Source: the human T2T-CHM13v2.0 reference genome, Homo sapiens
Length of the DNA stretch: 64,000 nt
Strand: one strand, 5' to 3'
Assembly (NCBI RefSeq): GCF_009914755.1
Contig: NC_060935.1
This document shows positions 1-15,810 of this stretch, piece after piece. The position numbers and the translations under genes were made by a program. The number at the start of each line of letters is the position of its first letter. Positions within the stretch are counted from its first letter, which is position 1. The notes under the pieces are model-generated. The model saw nothing but the letters and a program-made list of their open reading frames with translations, was not told the DNA's origin and made no database searches.

Positions 1-392
1 GCTGTGTAATAAGAGCCTGGGACTAGTAATAAAATCAGGAAGCAACTGTGTGCGAGACCAGCCCTGGGCAGAGACAGTTATCCTGGGGAGGGAGCTGAGG
101 AGGCAGAGGGGGCGTCTGGGTGGGGTTGGGGGTGCTGGGTCCACAGGGTTTGTTTTATAACTGCCCACTGGACGTGCGGTTGTTTTGTGAACCTCTCTGT
201 ATGCTTGTTACGCGCCACACAGAAAAATTAAAAATAAAAGCATCACACAGGCACCAAACAGGATCCTCCCATCTATTCGGAAGGCCCGGAAGAGGAAGGA
301 GTGAAGGGGGACTGCTGGATTCTGGGTCTGACCTGCAAGGTCATCTCCCAGATGCCTGCCCTGGGCACCCACTGTGTGAGCCTTGGAGGTGA

Positions 393-1029
<637 letters not shown>

Positions 1030-2924
1030 ATAGAAACCCTGAGTTCTAATCCGCATTTGCCATTGACCAGCGAGGTGATGTCCCCAGGTGTTACTGTCCC
1101 CCTCTGTGGCATGGGCTGAGCTCTGTCTGCCTCCCTGGGAGCCTGTGGCTGAGGTCCAGGGAGATGCTGGGTGGGGAAGTCAGGACTCCTCTGGCTTCCC
1201 CATCTCGGTAAATGTCAGGGCCTCTGCCCAGAGTCCTTCAGCCCCGGGGCCAGGGCCCACGCTCCAACCGCCACTGCTAAGAGCCCTCCCGCTATTGGGG
1301 GCTGCTGTCCTGCCTCCCATCCATGGACACAGGAAGCCACAGGTGGTCCCCTGCAGGCTGAGCTGTCAGGGCCAGGGACACGAGGTGCCACTTTCAGCTT
1401 TTGGTCCCAGGTCCTGAGCACAAGTGGTGGCTTCCCAGGAGGGCCATCTGCAGTGGGTCTCTGGGTTTCCATGGGGTGTCCTGAGGCCTGTGTGCCTGCA
1501 GCTGCTAGGCCCGTAGGATGCCTCCGTCCAGCACAGACCTGATTTCTGGGTAGCCTGTGAGCCTCCGGGAGGACCCAAGCTATGGGCCCAATGGGCATGG
1601 CCAGGAGGGGACAGGAGACCTGCACACCACACAGGACAGACCCCTGGGGGCGCCTGGGCCCCCTCCTACCCTCGTCCACACACCATCTTACCCCCAGACT
1701 TGAGGAGGCATGAGGTTTGCTGCTAAAAGTGTTGGGGTGACCCGAGGGGGAGGGGCCCTCACTCATCAAAGCAGATCTCTGCTTTAAACCTGCATTGCTC
1801 CAGATGCCCCCCAAAGCTCTCCTGTCCAGGGTGGTGGCCCATCCCCTTACCTAACTCTCCTCTCTCCAAAAGTCTCCTCTCTCCTTTTTTTTGCCAGCTG
1901 GCCCTGCTCCCCACAACCCCGCCAAGCTCCATCACCCGCTCAGTGGAGCAGAGGCAGCCTGCCGGTTGCAGGGAGAGGAGTCTGTTCCCAGTGAATGCCA
2001 CTACCTCTGTCTCTCCAGCACCCCCCAGGGGCTGGGCAGGGCCTGTCAGTGGGGTGAAGGGAGGTCTCTAGAGGGTGTTCCAGGTGGCCGGAGCTGCCGT
2101 TAGTCTCAGGCTTCCAGGTGGTGCTGGACCCTGCCACACCTTCCAGGGGCTCACATGTTCCAGGACAGGGGGTGCAGTGACAAAGCAAGAGAGGTAACAG
2201 CGGCCTTGGGCATCATCCCCCATCTCGGGCACCAGGCTGCCCAAACAAAAGCCGAGATTAATTTGCACCAGGTCGAGGGAGTGGACATGGGGATGCTCTG
2301 TCCGCTTCAGGGACTCTTTGGTTTCTAAGCAGGGGCTCAAAGAGGAGGGGTTCCACTATCAGCTGAGGGTGGTCGCCTGGGACCACTGATGGGCTGGTGT
2401 CCTACCTGCTATGCACAGATGGGCCCGGGACCAGACCTCTAGCAGTGTAGAGGTTCCCACACTGCAGCCCAAGTCTCCTCTCAGGGTAAGCGGGACCGTG
2501 CCAGAATTTCCAACAAACACCAGGAGTAACTTTCAAGTGGAAACACAGCTGGCACGGGCAGCACAGGGCTTATAAATGACGGGGCAATAAAGTGGAATTA
2601 TGACCTTTGCACCTGTCCTTTGCTTCTGTGCCTTTCTCCTCTGCAGCCACCCTGGGCTGTCTCTGGCCTGGCCTCCTTTTACAATGGAGCTGGGGGTAGG
2701 ACAGTCTATTAGACCAAGCCTCACAAAGCAGGGAAGCAGATGGGCAGGGGCTGGGTGGAGGTGAGGGCAGAGCAGGAGTGACAATGACCTGCTACTGTAG
2801 CCACAGTGCCCTGCATGGCCAGAGCCTTGGTGGTGCTGGTGTTCCCAGGTATTACTATCAGGAAGCCCATTCCATCAGTGCTGTTGGTAACAATTCTTGT
2901 ATGCGTATGGACTTTTATACCTTT

Positions 2925-3055
2925 ACATTCTTCTCTGTGAGCCACTGCAACAACCCTGCAGGGCGTGTCTATCTGCAGGGCATATAAATCCAACTTACAG
3001 ATGAGAAAGCTGAGACATACAAGGGTAAAATAATTTTTCTCAAGGGCACCAAGTG
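2925..3055. mobile_element. MIR fragment
   Basis: Core-like 'ttacagatgagaaagctgagac...aagggcac'. Confidence 0.55.
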
Positions 3056-3269
3056 TGGTGTTGATTTCTTTACATCAAGAGGGGATGTGAGGAAAGAAAT
3101 GAAATTTCAAGAACTAGAAGGGGAAAGCCAGGAACCTCCTCCAAACAAAGGGAAGGCTGCACAGGGCTGGGATGAGGAAGAATATTTGTTCATGGCCAGA
3201 GCAGTAGCGTTCACCAAGGTGGAGTGCCAGACTTGACTAGCATCATCCCTTTATCATCTTAAAACCTCT

Positions 3270-4110
3270 GACACCATCACCACCAGCATCATTGCTAGTC
3301 ACATCACTACCACCATCAATCACCATGACTATCACCATCAATAGAATCACTACCATCATCACCAACAAAAACAGCATCACCACTATCATCACCATGACCA
3401 CCACCACCAGCATCACCAACAGCATCACCACGACCACCATCACCAGCATCACCATCATCACCAAGATCACCACCATGAGCATCACCATCAGCACCATGAC
3501 CACCACCACCAGCATCACCACCATCATCACCATGACCACCACCAGCATCACCACCATCACCAAGATCACCACCACCAGCATCACCACCACCAGCATGACC
3601 ACCACCAACACCAGCATCACCAACATCATCACCATGACCACCACCACTAGGATCACCACTATCATCGCCGTGACCACCACCACCAGCAGCATCACCACCA
3701 TCATCACCATGACCACCACCACCAGCATCACCACCATCATCACCATGACCACCATGACCACCACCACCACCAGCATCACCACCAGCATCACCATGACCAC
3801 CACCACTAGGATCACCACTATCATCACCGTGACCACCACCACCACCAGCATCACCACTGTCATCACCAAGACCACCACCACTAGGATCACCACTATCATC
3901 ACCGTGACCACCACCACCAGCATCAACACCATCATCACCATGACCATCACCATGACCACCACCACCAGCATCACTACCATCATCGCCATGAGCACCACCA
4001 CCAGCATCACCACGATCATCACCATGACCGCCACCAACACCACCACCACCATAAACAGCATCACCATGGCTGCCATCAACTACTTATCATCATTACCACC
4101 ACCACCACCA
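3270..4110. repeat. Degenerate (CAC/CAT)n trinucleotide tract, ~840 bp
   Basis: Continuous ACC/ATC/AGC triplets with recurring higher-order units such as ACCATGACCACCACCACCAGCATC. Confidence 0.97.
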
Positions 4111-4681
4111 CCCCTGGTCCCTGACTCCAAGGCCACAAAATCTTAACATCTCAGAGGCTGGCTGACCCTGGGGATGCTCCAGCCTCCAGGTAAAGGAAAC
4201 AGATGTCAGCTCAGATGTATCTATGTTTAGGTCCTGGGCCGGCCACCCCTGCTTCTGAGCAAGTCACTCACCATCTCTGACCTCGTGTCAAATGGACTAA
4301 CATCACTGCATGCCCCCCTCCCAAGTTTACTCTGAGGATCACATGAGTTACCTATAAACATCAAATGAGAGGTGAGAGGATGCAACCACAGGGACAAGGT
4401 TTGGAACTGTGTGCTCTGAAAAGGCTGGAACGATAACGTTACATGGCCTGCAGGATGGCGGAACATGACTTACTCCAGTGCATACATGATATGGCTCCCG
4501 AGGGAGAGCAGGTGGATCCCAGAAGCTGACCTAGTGTTGAACTGGGAGGTGTGACAGCCAAGAGGACAGGTCCCCCACCAGGGCCATTGTGGATGAGGAC
4601 TTTCCTCATTGTGTCGTCTTCTTATCAATGGCCACAGACAAGAAATCTCAAAGGACAGTGGCCCCAAGTCACTTGTGACTT

Positions 4682-5047
4682 CAGCAGCTTCCCTTTATCC
4701 ATGGTTTCACTTTCTGAGGTTTTAATCACCCACGGTCAACTGAAGTCTGAAAATATTGAACAGAAAAGTCCAGAAATAAACAGTTGAAAAGTTTTCAATT
4801 GCATGCCATTCTGAGTAGCGTGATGTCGAGTGCCGTTCCGCCCGGGGGAAGTGACTCATCCCTTTGTCCAGCGCACTCCTGCTGTCCACACCACCCACTG
4901 GTTAGTCACTTAGGAGCTGGCTCTGATATCAGACCAAAAACATGGTGTATGCAGTACAGGGCAGTACAGGGTTCAGCGCTGTCCCCCATTTCAGGCACCC
5001 AATGGGGGTCTTGGGAGGTAGCCCCTGAAGATAACAGGGGACTGCTG
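4682..5047 (+). mobile_element. MER44-like (TcMar-Tigger) DNA transposon relic
   Basis: Imperfect TIRs cagcagcttccctttatc ... gataacaggggactgctg. Internal 'ccagaaataaaca...ttctgagtagcgtgatg' matches recalled MER44 consensus. Confidence 0.8.
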
Positions 5048-6727
5048 CAGTCACAAAAGAGTTGGTAAAACCAAGAGGTCCCCATCCTTCTCCTGCCCAG
5101 CCCTGACCCCAGGGTTGGATTTGGGAGGAGGAGATTTAAACTCCAAGTGTGTCCTGAAACCCCGACGAGGCCACACAGGGTGTCCTATAGGAGACAGGAG
5201 GTGACGGCTCCAGGTGTGGCTTCAGATGATAGAGGAGCAACGCACTGCTCTCAGGTCGATTTCTGGGAGGAGGAAACACATGCCAGCCTCACCACCACCC
5301 TGTCGGGTCCACACGATCTGAAGGAGAGATCCGAGAATGTTATGCCCATTAGTCCTTGGGGTGTGGGGCTGGTGGCGGTCCGGAGACACTTCTCAGAGCA
5401 AATGGCAATGCTAAGCTGTAAGATGCTCCCAGTAAGGGCCCCCTACGCTGGTAAATTAGAGAGTGGCTGGAAAGGAGAGTCCACGGCAGGGATTCTGAAT
5501 GGGAACAGTCCATGGGAAGAGAGCTTGGGAATCTGGACAGCCTGGCACACATGCTTCCCAGACATACACAACACGTGTTTCCTTATGAATAAGCGGGGAT
5601 CATAAAGGCACCTCCCATTAAGGGCAATTACGAGGCTCAAATGAGGTCCTGTCTCTTCTCCATTGAGTGCCACAAAAAAGTAGAAAAGACACACTGCAAA
5701 CCACATCTGTTTCCTGGTCAGAGCTCTGACTTTCTGATCTAGATCCTATGCTTATGGCTAGCTTCTAGAAACTTCTAGAGAGCCATGGGGCCTATTCTTA
5801 AATGCAGACTTACCCCACAAGAGTGGCCAGTCAAGGGAAGGCACGGCTAATCCCATCCTACACTCACACCTTCTACCCAGTCGAGACCCCTGCACCAGGG
5901 AGTCAGCCAGAAGATTCCGGAAGCCCATTCTGCAGAGAATCCCATCAAGTCACTTCCTCGGTGGTCTCTGCAGCTGATTGAGGATCCCGACTCCAACAGG
6001 CTCTGGTGGTGCATACGGCACAGGACATGCCAAAACTACACTGGGTAGGTGCTGCTCATCTGGGTAGGTGCCCAGGAGTGAAGTAGGAGTTGAGAATGTG
6101 GCATCTTATGCCCCAGTCTGAGCTGCCTGGCTGTGAGGCCCCCACTCCTACCTCAGTGGCTTTCAGGTGACCAGATCCTACCTGTCTCTGGAGGATGGAA
6201 ACAGGGATGTACAGCGGTGACTCATCACACCCATTTTCTCATCATGTTCTACATGAATGGTGCTCACTGATAGTCAAGTCTTTTGTTTGTTTCAGCAACT
6301 AAAATACGATTTGCTCTGGTGCTGCTTGGCCTTGTCATTTTCTCAGGGATAAACAGAGAGCCCTGGCCTGACAGTTTCCATGTACACATAAGATGTGTCG
6401 CTGAAAACTGCACACACGTGCATTGCATTCATTTTTCATAAACTGCCTCATCCATGGGTGCCAACTGATTACTTCGGAAATATTTTATCTTTGTTTCTTA
6501 GTCAAGATACATCAACAGGGGCACCCCTGATTTCAATGTGTAGAATTCTGAGGAGGAAGGATCAAGTGATTCTACAATCCACCAGCCTGAATTCACAGAT
6601 GAGGAAATTGATGTCTTGGAAGATGCGGAAGGCAGTCAAGTCCCCAGTAGGGGAGGTGGGCACTGTCTCTCCACCCAGGGTGCATGTCCACCCAGGGCAC
6701 TGTCTCTCCACCCAGGGTGCATAAAGA

Positions 6728-7146
6728 GGGTCAGCTTTATGGGCCAACGGACCAGGCTATAGCACCCAGTTATGCAGCCAAGCACTAGCCTAGGTGTTGC
6801 TGGGAGGGTATTTTGTAGATGTGGTTAACATTTACAGTCTGTTGGCTTGAAGTCAACATTTTTCTCAGTAATGTGGGTGGGCCTCCTCCAATCATTTAAA
6901 AGGCCTCAAGAGCAAAATTGAGGTTTCTTTGAGGAAGAAGAGATTCTGCATCAAGTTTGCAGCACCAGCTCCTGTCTGGGCGTTCCAGGCTGCTGGACTG
7001 CCCAGAGGATTTTAGACTTGCCTGTTCCCATGATCGGGTGAGCCAAGTCCTTGAAATGAGTCTCTTAATACATACGCTCTATCTGTATCTACATCTGTGT
7101 CTACGTCCTACTGGTTCTGTTTCTCTGGAGAATCTTGACTCAAACA
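6728..7146 (+). mobile_element. MLT2-family (ERVL) solo LTR
   Basis: 'gtgggtgggcctcctccaatca', 'aagaagagattctgc' and terminal 'ctggttctgtttctctggagaatcttgactcaaaca' are typical of MLT2. Confidence 0.8.
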
Positions 7147-7319
7147 GTCACCAGGAGGTGGCTCCTGGCCCGGGACCACAGGTCCCAGCATCTGCAGCAT
7201 CCAGGTTCCCTCCACAGGGTGTCACGGGCGATGATGTGTGTCCCTGATGTGCCAGAGCCTCACACAAGAGGGCAGCGTTTCTCCATTCTCTCTCCCCGTC
7301 TCTGCAGGCTGGGGGCAGG

Positions 7320-7525
7320 GGACCCTAAGGTCCTCGAGGATGACCAGGCCACAGAATGGAAGGGCCTGGACTGCTTGGTCACATCATGGAGAAAATCAGC
7401 CCGTCTGCTGACCAGAAGAGACCACACTGGGTGGCTACTGGGCAGGAAAAAAACCTGCACTCCATTAAGCCACTGAAGTTGTGGGTTCACTTGTCGTAGC
7501 AGCTGACATTGAGCTACCTAATACA
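7320..7525 (+). mobile_element. MLT1 (MaLR) LTR 3' fragment
   Basis: 'ttaagccactga...ttgtcgtagcagc...ctaataca' terminus. Confidence 0.55.
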
Positions 7526-8447
7526 AATGGGTGGAAAGCTTTAGAGTCTTGACAAAAGCCAGACCTTCCAACTCCTAACTGATCAAGTGCAACACCACCC
7601 AACCTCCTTTTCACAAACGCGGTGGGCCAACTGACATGCACTCTGTCCTGGATAGGCACCATGCAGGGCACAGGTGTCCCTGCCCTCAGAGAGCCTAAAC
7701 TCCAGCAGGATGGGGTGAGGACATGCATGTAATTAAGCACCAATTTTCTAGAGCACCATCTTCCAAGATGCATCTCCTCTTGCATATAATAACAACATAG
7801 TCATATGTGGCACTTAGCTCTCAGGTCTCTGGGCTGATGCATGCAAAGAAGTGAGATTTTATAAATCTGGGCATGCCTCTGTCTCTTACGCACAGAAACA
7901 AAAAAGCTATGATCATAAACTTCCACCCAACTCTTCATACGCATCATCTCCAGGCTTCACATTTCAGATAAAGAAGTCTACTCAGAGCTAGCCAGAGACA
8001 GCTGAGCTGAGAATAGACCCGGATATGTTTCTGTTTCCCCATTGCCTCAGGTGGATGTGCAGGAGGATTAATCACTGGCAGTCACACCAGGATCACCACC
8101 CTGATCACTGCATGAGAAACACTGTCCTGATGCAGGTACAGGTCACAGCTCAAGCATCAGTAGTTACAAATAATGGGTCATAGTCCCTGCCCAGTAACTC
8201 CCTATCTGTGTGCTCCGACATGCTGAGATGGGGATGCTCATGTGTACAATGCAGGTGATGATTCCTGCCCTACTTATTCCAGAAGGTTGGATGAGACAGC
8301 ATGCAGGAAAGCCCACTGGAGACTGTGAAGTCCCATAAACATGCAGCCTTAAGAAATTACAACTAAGGCTCAGGTGAGTAAGCCCACTATATCTTGAAGG
8401 CATAACTACCAAACTATTCATGGAACTAAGCTGAACTTGTATCATTT

Positions 8448-8830
8448 GACCAACCATCCATCCAACCAACAAACCAATCAGCCAGCCAGCTAACCAACCA
8501 ACCAACCAACCAACCAACTAACCAATCAGTCAGTCAGCCAACTAGTTAATCAACCAACCAACCAGTCAGCCAGACAGCTAATCAACCAACCAACCAACCA
8601 ACCAACTAATCAGTCAGCTAGACAGCTAATCAACCAACCAACCAACCAGCCAGCTAGCCAGCCAGCCAGCCAAGCAATCAATCAACCAACCAACCAACCA
8701 ACCAACCAACCAACCAACCAACCAACCAGCAAGCCAGCTAGCTAATTAACCAACCAACCAACCAACCAGCCAACCAGCCAACCAACCAACCAACCAACCA
8801 ACCAACCAACCAACCAACCAACCAACCAAC
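8448..8830. repeat. (CCAA)n/(CCAG)n tetranucleotide tract
   Basis: Visible directly in the sequence. Confidence 0.97.
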
Positions 8831-9179
8831 GAGGACCACCATTTGATTTTGCTGTTTGTTATCCCCAACCTCCAGCAACTGTCATGAGGCTATGAGAATT
8901 CACTGGGTCCTGAGCAGCCACTTCTTTACTGAGTTATTCATTCTGTGAGTCACTCACTTATTTCATTTAATGTTCATGAATGGAGTTTACCAACTAAATG
9001 TTCATTTTACAACATAAAGCAATGGTGCTCCATAAAAGAGAAACAGCTTCCAAGGGTGCAAGCAAGGTCTACTGTGTAGAAAGAGCTTGGTGGATGGGAA
9101 CATCTAAAAACATTTTGTACCATCTTCCAGATTCTATGTATATCCAAAGTCTTCTAATTTTCAGCATCAAAAAAAGCTA

Positions 9180-9450
<271 letters not shown>

Positions 9451-9538
9451 TGACAAAAAGCACTAACGTGGAAGAAAAAAAGAATAATTTGGATTAGATT
9501 CAAAATTTTAAAAACCCTTCTACTCATTAAAAGACATA

Positions 9539-9777
9539 CAGTTGACCCTTGAACAACATGGGTTTGAACTGCATGGGTCAACTTACATGTGGATTTTTCA
9601 ACTAAATATAGATTGAAAACACAATATTCGTGTGAAATAAAACCTGCATATACAGAGGGCTGACTTCACATACACAGGTTCCATGGAGATGACTGTGGGA
9701 CTTGAGGTGGATTTTGGTATATGATGTGAGGTGGTGGTGTCCTGGAACCAATCCCCACGTATACTGAGAGATGACTG
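9539..9777 (-). mobile_element. MER8 (TcMar-Tigger) MITE
   Basis: cagttgacccttgaacaac...gatgactg termini, ~239 bp, TA duplication at 9537-9538 and 9778-9779. Confidence 0.85.
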
Positions 9778-10323
9778 TAGTTAGAAAATGAAAACGCAAG
9801 TCACAGGCTGGGAAAAATGTTTGCAGCATATATTTGACAAAGGACTGATAAACAGAATATATAAAGAACTCCTACAAACCAATAAGGAAAAGATGAACAC
9901 TGCCATTAAAAATGAACCAAAGACTTAAAGAAGCTATACATACAGCAAATGAGCACACAAAGAGATGCCTAATCATCATCCCCAGAAAAATGCAAATTAC
10001 ACCCACAATAAGATATCATTTCATATCTATTAGAACAGCTGAAGTTAAACAGACTGATATTGCCAAATGTTGATGAGAAAGTGGAGCAACTGGAACTCTC
10101 ACACACTGCCGGTAGGAGAACAAAATGGGACAGCACTTTGGAGAACTGTGTGGTAGTTTCTTATAAAATGAAAATGTTATCATACAACCCAGCAGTTTTC
10201 TACCTAGAGAAATAAAAATGTATGTCCTTAAAAAGACTCACACAAAAACCTTTTTTAGCAGGTTCATTCATATTAGCCAAAACTGAGAAGCAATCCACAT
10301 GTCCATCATCAGGAGAATGATCA

Positions 10324-10806
<483 letters not shown>

Positions 10807-10949
10807 CTATGGTGACAGAAATCTATGGTCTATGGTGACAGAAATCAGAACCACACTTGCTTCCGGTGTGGGATGGGGAGGGATGGCTGGAAGACAGCCT
10901 GAGATCACTTCCTGGGGTGAAAGAAAGGTGTTTTTAAAAATTATTTTAT

Positions 10950-11239
<290 letters not shown>

Positions 11240-11587
11240 TGTGAAGGAAGGGTTTAATATCTTATTTGCAGTTGGAGACGTGGGTATATACATTTGTCAA
11301 AATGCACTGAACTAGATTTTTCTTATAATCTGTGTGTTTTCCTGTATGTAAATCACACCTCTATAAAAGAAGATAATACAAAAGAAGGTGCTAAGTCACG
11401 ATCTTAGAACACCCAAGGGCAAGCAGAACCCAGCAGGAACCACTGTGGAATCCTCCCCGCCCTCCTCGACTCCTCTGTGCTGTGATCTTGGTGTACCTCC
11501 TTCCATCCCAGGTCACAGAGATGCCTTCCTTCCCTGACCCACAGCCTTTGTGTTAGAGGAGAGTTCTGATGTTCATTTTTGCCATCT

Positions 11588-12310
<723 letters not shown>

Positions 12311-13093
12311 ACACCCGCATCAGCCCAGGTAGAAAATACGGTTTTATCAAGGACATTGTCCTGGGAGTGTGAGCTGGAGCAAGATCACCCTTCTAGAAAC
12401 CTCTGTCTTACCCCTTAAATAACCTCCTCCCACAGTAAACACAAACACAAACCACCGCCCCTCTGGAAGCTGCCTGCACAGGATGTACATTTTCTGGCAG
12501 ACTCCACCTCGCCCACCTGCCCTGGGTGGGGACCCTGTCAACGGGGCTAGAGAAAGCCATACGTTCTCATCTAGGGCACACAGGGTGATGCTGGCAGGTG
12601 GACGGGAAAAGCCCACAGGAGAGAGGAGGAAGACAGGTTGCTCCAGCTGCCCTGCTTCCTCCTGCACACTATCCTGGAAGCCGCTACTCTCTGGAGGATG
12701 GAGAGAGCAGGAAGCTCAAATGATCCCCCTACGCAGCAGCCCTCCAGGACTGCCCCATCCAGGTGTGGCATAGCCAACAAAGCCCGGTGCTGGCACAGTT
12801 GAGTCCTTCCAACAAAAGAGTAGAGGGAGGGCAGCCAGTGTGGCTCTGAAGGTGAGTGCCAGGAGAGGGAGGAGTGGTGGCTGCTCAGGAAGAGGAGGAC
12901 TGGAGGACAGGGAGAAGGAAGGCATTGAGCAACCCTGGGAGGCAAGCTGAGCTCCAGGGCCTGGCCCTTCTCAGACAAGTGAGGCAGGGGAAGGTTGCTT
13001 GCAGGAGAGGGTGGGTGTGGACCAGGGGTGGACGGGCAATGGCAGGGCTTGGAGGTCTGGCCTGTGCCAGTGCTCAGTGTGATTGCTGCCCAG

Positions 13094-13638
13094 TGTAAAT
13101 CCCGTGTGGTCTACCTGGTTCAACTCTGCTTATCTTGAGGCAACAGGATGCCTGAGGTCAGAAGCTCCCCCTGGTGACCAAAAAGGCTAAGACTAGTGGG
13201 ATCCAAGATGGCAGCTCACTTGGCTTCTGAAGAACCTCTAACCTCATTACAGTCTGATTTCCATGCTAAATGACCCTCCCCCCAGCACCAGGATAGTTGA
13301 CAATCACCATGACAACAACAGAAAGAAACCGTAAAAGGACAGAAAGGAAGGCGGCACACCGGTTCTGAGAAGCTCTCTGCCCATTTCCAGAAAAGACATG
13401 AATATTCCTCCCCTTGATTTAATGCCCAATCCCTTTATTACAGAGGCCCCAGCTCTGTGACTTCCCAGCCCTCGGGAGCTGATAAATGGATCTGTGAGTC
13501 AAGCTCCCGCTTCTCGGTTCCATGGCCAACAAATAAAGCCTGTGCTGCTTGAAGCTCACTTTTGCTTTTGGATACTGGCTGTGTAGCACACAACAGAGAA
13601 AGACCCCATTCTTGGGAAGACCAGCTTTGTTGGTAACA
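13094..13638 (+). mobile_element. ERV1-class solo LTR (MER4/MER41-group-like, subfamily uncertain)
   Basis: TGTAA...TAACA termini, AATAAA near 13532, 'catgaatattcctcccctt' U3-like motif, ~545 bp. Confidence 0.65.
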
Positions 13639-14214
13639 TTGTCATCGCCACATCCAGAAAAACACACTCCCTCCCACCCAGCCTTCCGAGTGGAGCACAT
13701 TCCCAGCTTCTCCTTCATAGTTAAGTTTGGGACATGTCTTAACTCAATACCCCACAATACCGTCTGGTGTCTAAGCCTGAGCAGGGACTCATCAGCAGGG
13801 AAGCTGATGCACGAACTGAGTCCCCGTTGAAGCCAAGATCTCAGACAGAAAACCTACTGAGCCTCCCTGCTAGAGACTGCAAAGCCAGCCAGGTCCAGGA
13901 CAGACTCCTCCTTGCTTTCCAGAACACACGTTTGTAGGGCCTGGCTGGCCCTGGCAGATCTGATCAGGCGGCAGAGGGCTACCTAGTGAGCCCACAGACT
14001 AGGAACCTCAAAAACAGGGCAATGGGCCCGTTTGGACAGAGCTCAGAGGCGGCAGGCTCCGCACAAGAAGGCGTGCATGGTTGGTGGCCGCAGCGTCCGT
14101 GGCCACTTGACACGTGTTCTGTGAGCCTGGGATTCTACTAAAAGCCAGATGCCGTTCACATGCGGACTGCTTTCTTCTTATAAGACACTTAAGGCTTCAC
14201 TTTTCCTCCACTCT

Positions 14215-14218
<4 letters not shown>

Positions 14219-14259
<41 letters not shown>
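14219..14259. repeat. (CA)n microsatellite
   Basis: About 20 CA units. Confidence 0.98.
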
Positions 14260-14261
<2 letters not shown>

Positions 14262-14302
14262 GGTACCATTTTATATAAGTGGTCTCCTCTTCACATTTTA
14301 AT
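14220..14302 (-). terminator. Candidate intronic polyadenylation site
   Basis: ATTAAA on the minus strand (14302-14297), followed ~40 nt later by a (GT)n GU-rich tract. Motif evidence only. Confidence 0.35.
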
Positions 14303-14831
14303 CAGTTCAATCTCTCGGCAATCAATTTTGAAACGATTTTCAGCAAGTGCTATATCTGGAGGTTCTAAGAGAGATGCTGGAATGGCTTCCCGTCGGAACA
14401 CTGAACTCTTTCGAGCAGTTTTTACGGAGGCGTTTGCTACGTGTTCTCAGGGCGGCACAGGAGCATCTCGCCTGCACATGGGAAGCTGCCTGTTTTATGC
14501 CATCGATAGAAGAGATCGAAAAAGAAATCTAATCAACCCCCAAAAGTCTCTCTCTGATGGCTAGAACATACGGTCCAGGTTTTCTGGGACGTGTACTGAG
14601 CAGCCTTTTAACTAAAAGCTTCCACACCATCTTGTAAGGAATTTCTGGTTTGGATGAAGCCCAGAGGAATGAAAGCAACCAACCTGTTTCCAAAGATCTA
14701 GAAAGTCCTGAATTCGCAACTCAGCCTCCCTCTACGACGCAACGGCCGAATCTTGCCACGGACAACACCGACCACGGGCCTGAGATAGGCCTGCAGGATC
14801 GAGGGTGGGCGGCCACGAGCGCTCGCCTTAC

Positions 14832-14945
14832 CTGCCTGGCTGTCCCTGGGCTTACACTGGACCTCCTCCACGCACTCCGCCGGAAACCATCCGATGTGGC
14901 CGCGGGCGCTGCCTTCCCAGAAGCCCCCTTCACCGATGCTCAGAA
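14832..14945 (-). CDS. SHANK2: SHANK2 coding exon, 114 nt (VLSIGEGGFWEGSARGHIGWFPAECVEEVQCKPRDSQA), C-terminal half of SH3
   Basis: Branch point GCTAAC (14976-14971), pyrimidine tract, tctag|TT acceptor, donor GCAG|gtaagg. SH3 FWEG...GWFP signature. Symmetric phase 1-1. Confidence 0.97.
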
Positions 14946-15503
14946 CTAGAGACGACAAAAAGGGAGAGGTGTTAGCAGGGGGGACGTGGAGGGCCTGAGG
15001 TTGAACAAGACGAGTGGGGCTGGGCAGAGGCAGGAGAATCAGCGCACCCCTGGCCAGGCCTGCAGAGCAAGCGGCTCTGGTGTGACTGCACTTCCTTCAG
15101 CTGCTGACAGTGCTAAGAGGCACCGGGGCATCACCACTGCAGACCACAGGTGCCCTGTGCCCCTTAGGTGATGAGACAGGAATGAAGCACTGACATGTTT
15201 GCATCTTTACGTATCTGACACCACGTCATATGAATGGATGTGCACGGCGGCCCTGTAGCATCTCTCAGTGTTGCACATGAGACAGGACAGTGGTGCTTGG
15301 CTGTCCTTACCATCAATGATTTCAGATATAAAAGTGGAGTCGGGGGGCACCGCCACAAAGCAGGGAGGAAATGATGAGGTCGTACCTTCCCCTCCTAAGC
15401 TGGGCAAGAACCGGAGGCAGATGGCCTGGAGGAAAGAAAATCCACCTGCCCGGCTCTGTCTGGATCTTCTAAACAAGCGTGCGGAAGGAGAAATCACAGC
15501 AGA

Positions 15504-15810
<307 letters not shown>

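Noticed and set aside
3292-4146. Mucin-like Thr-rich gene
   Set aside because: Pure trinucleotide repeat, non-ATG start, no signal peptide or exon structure.
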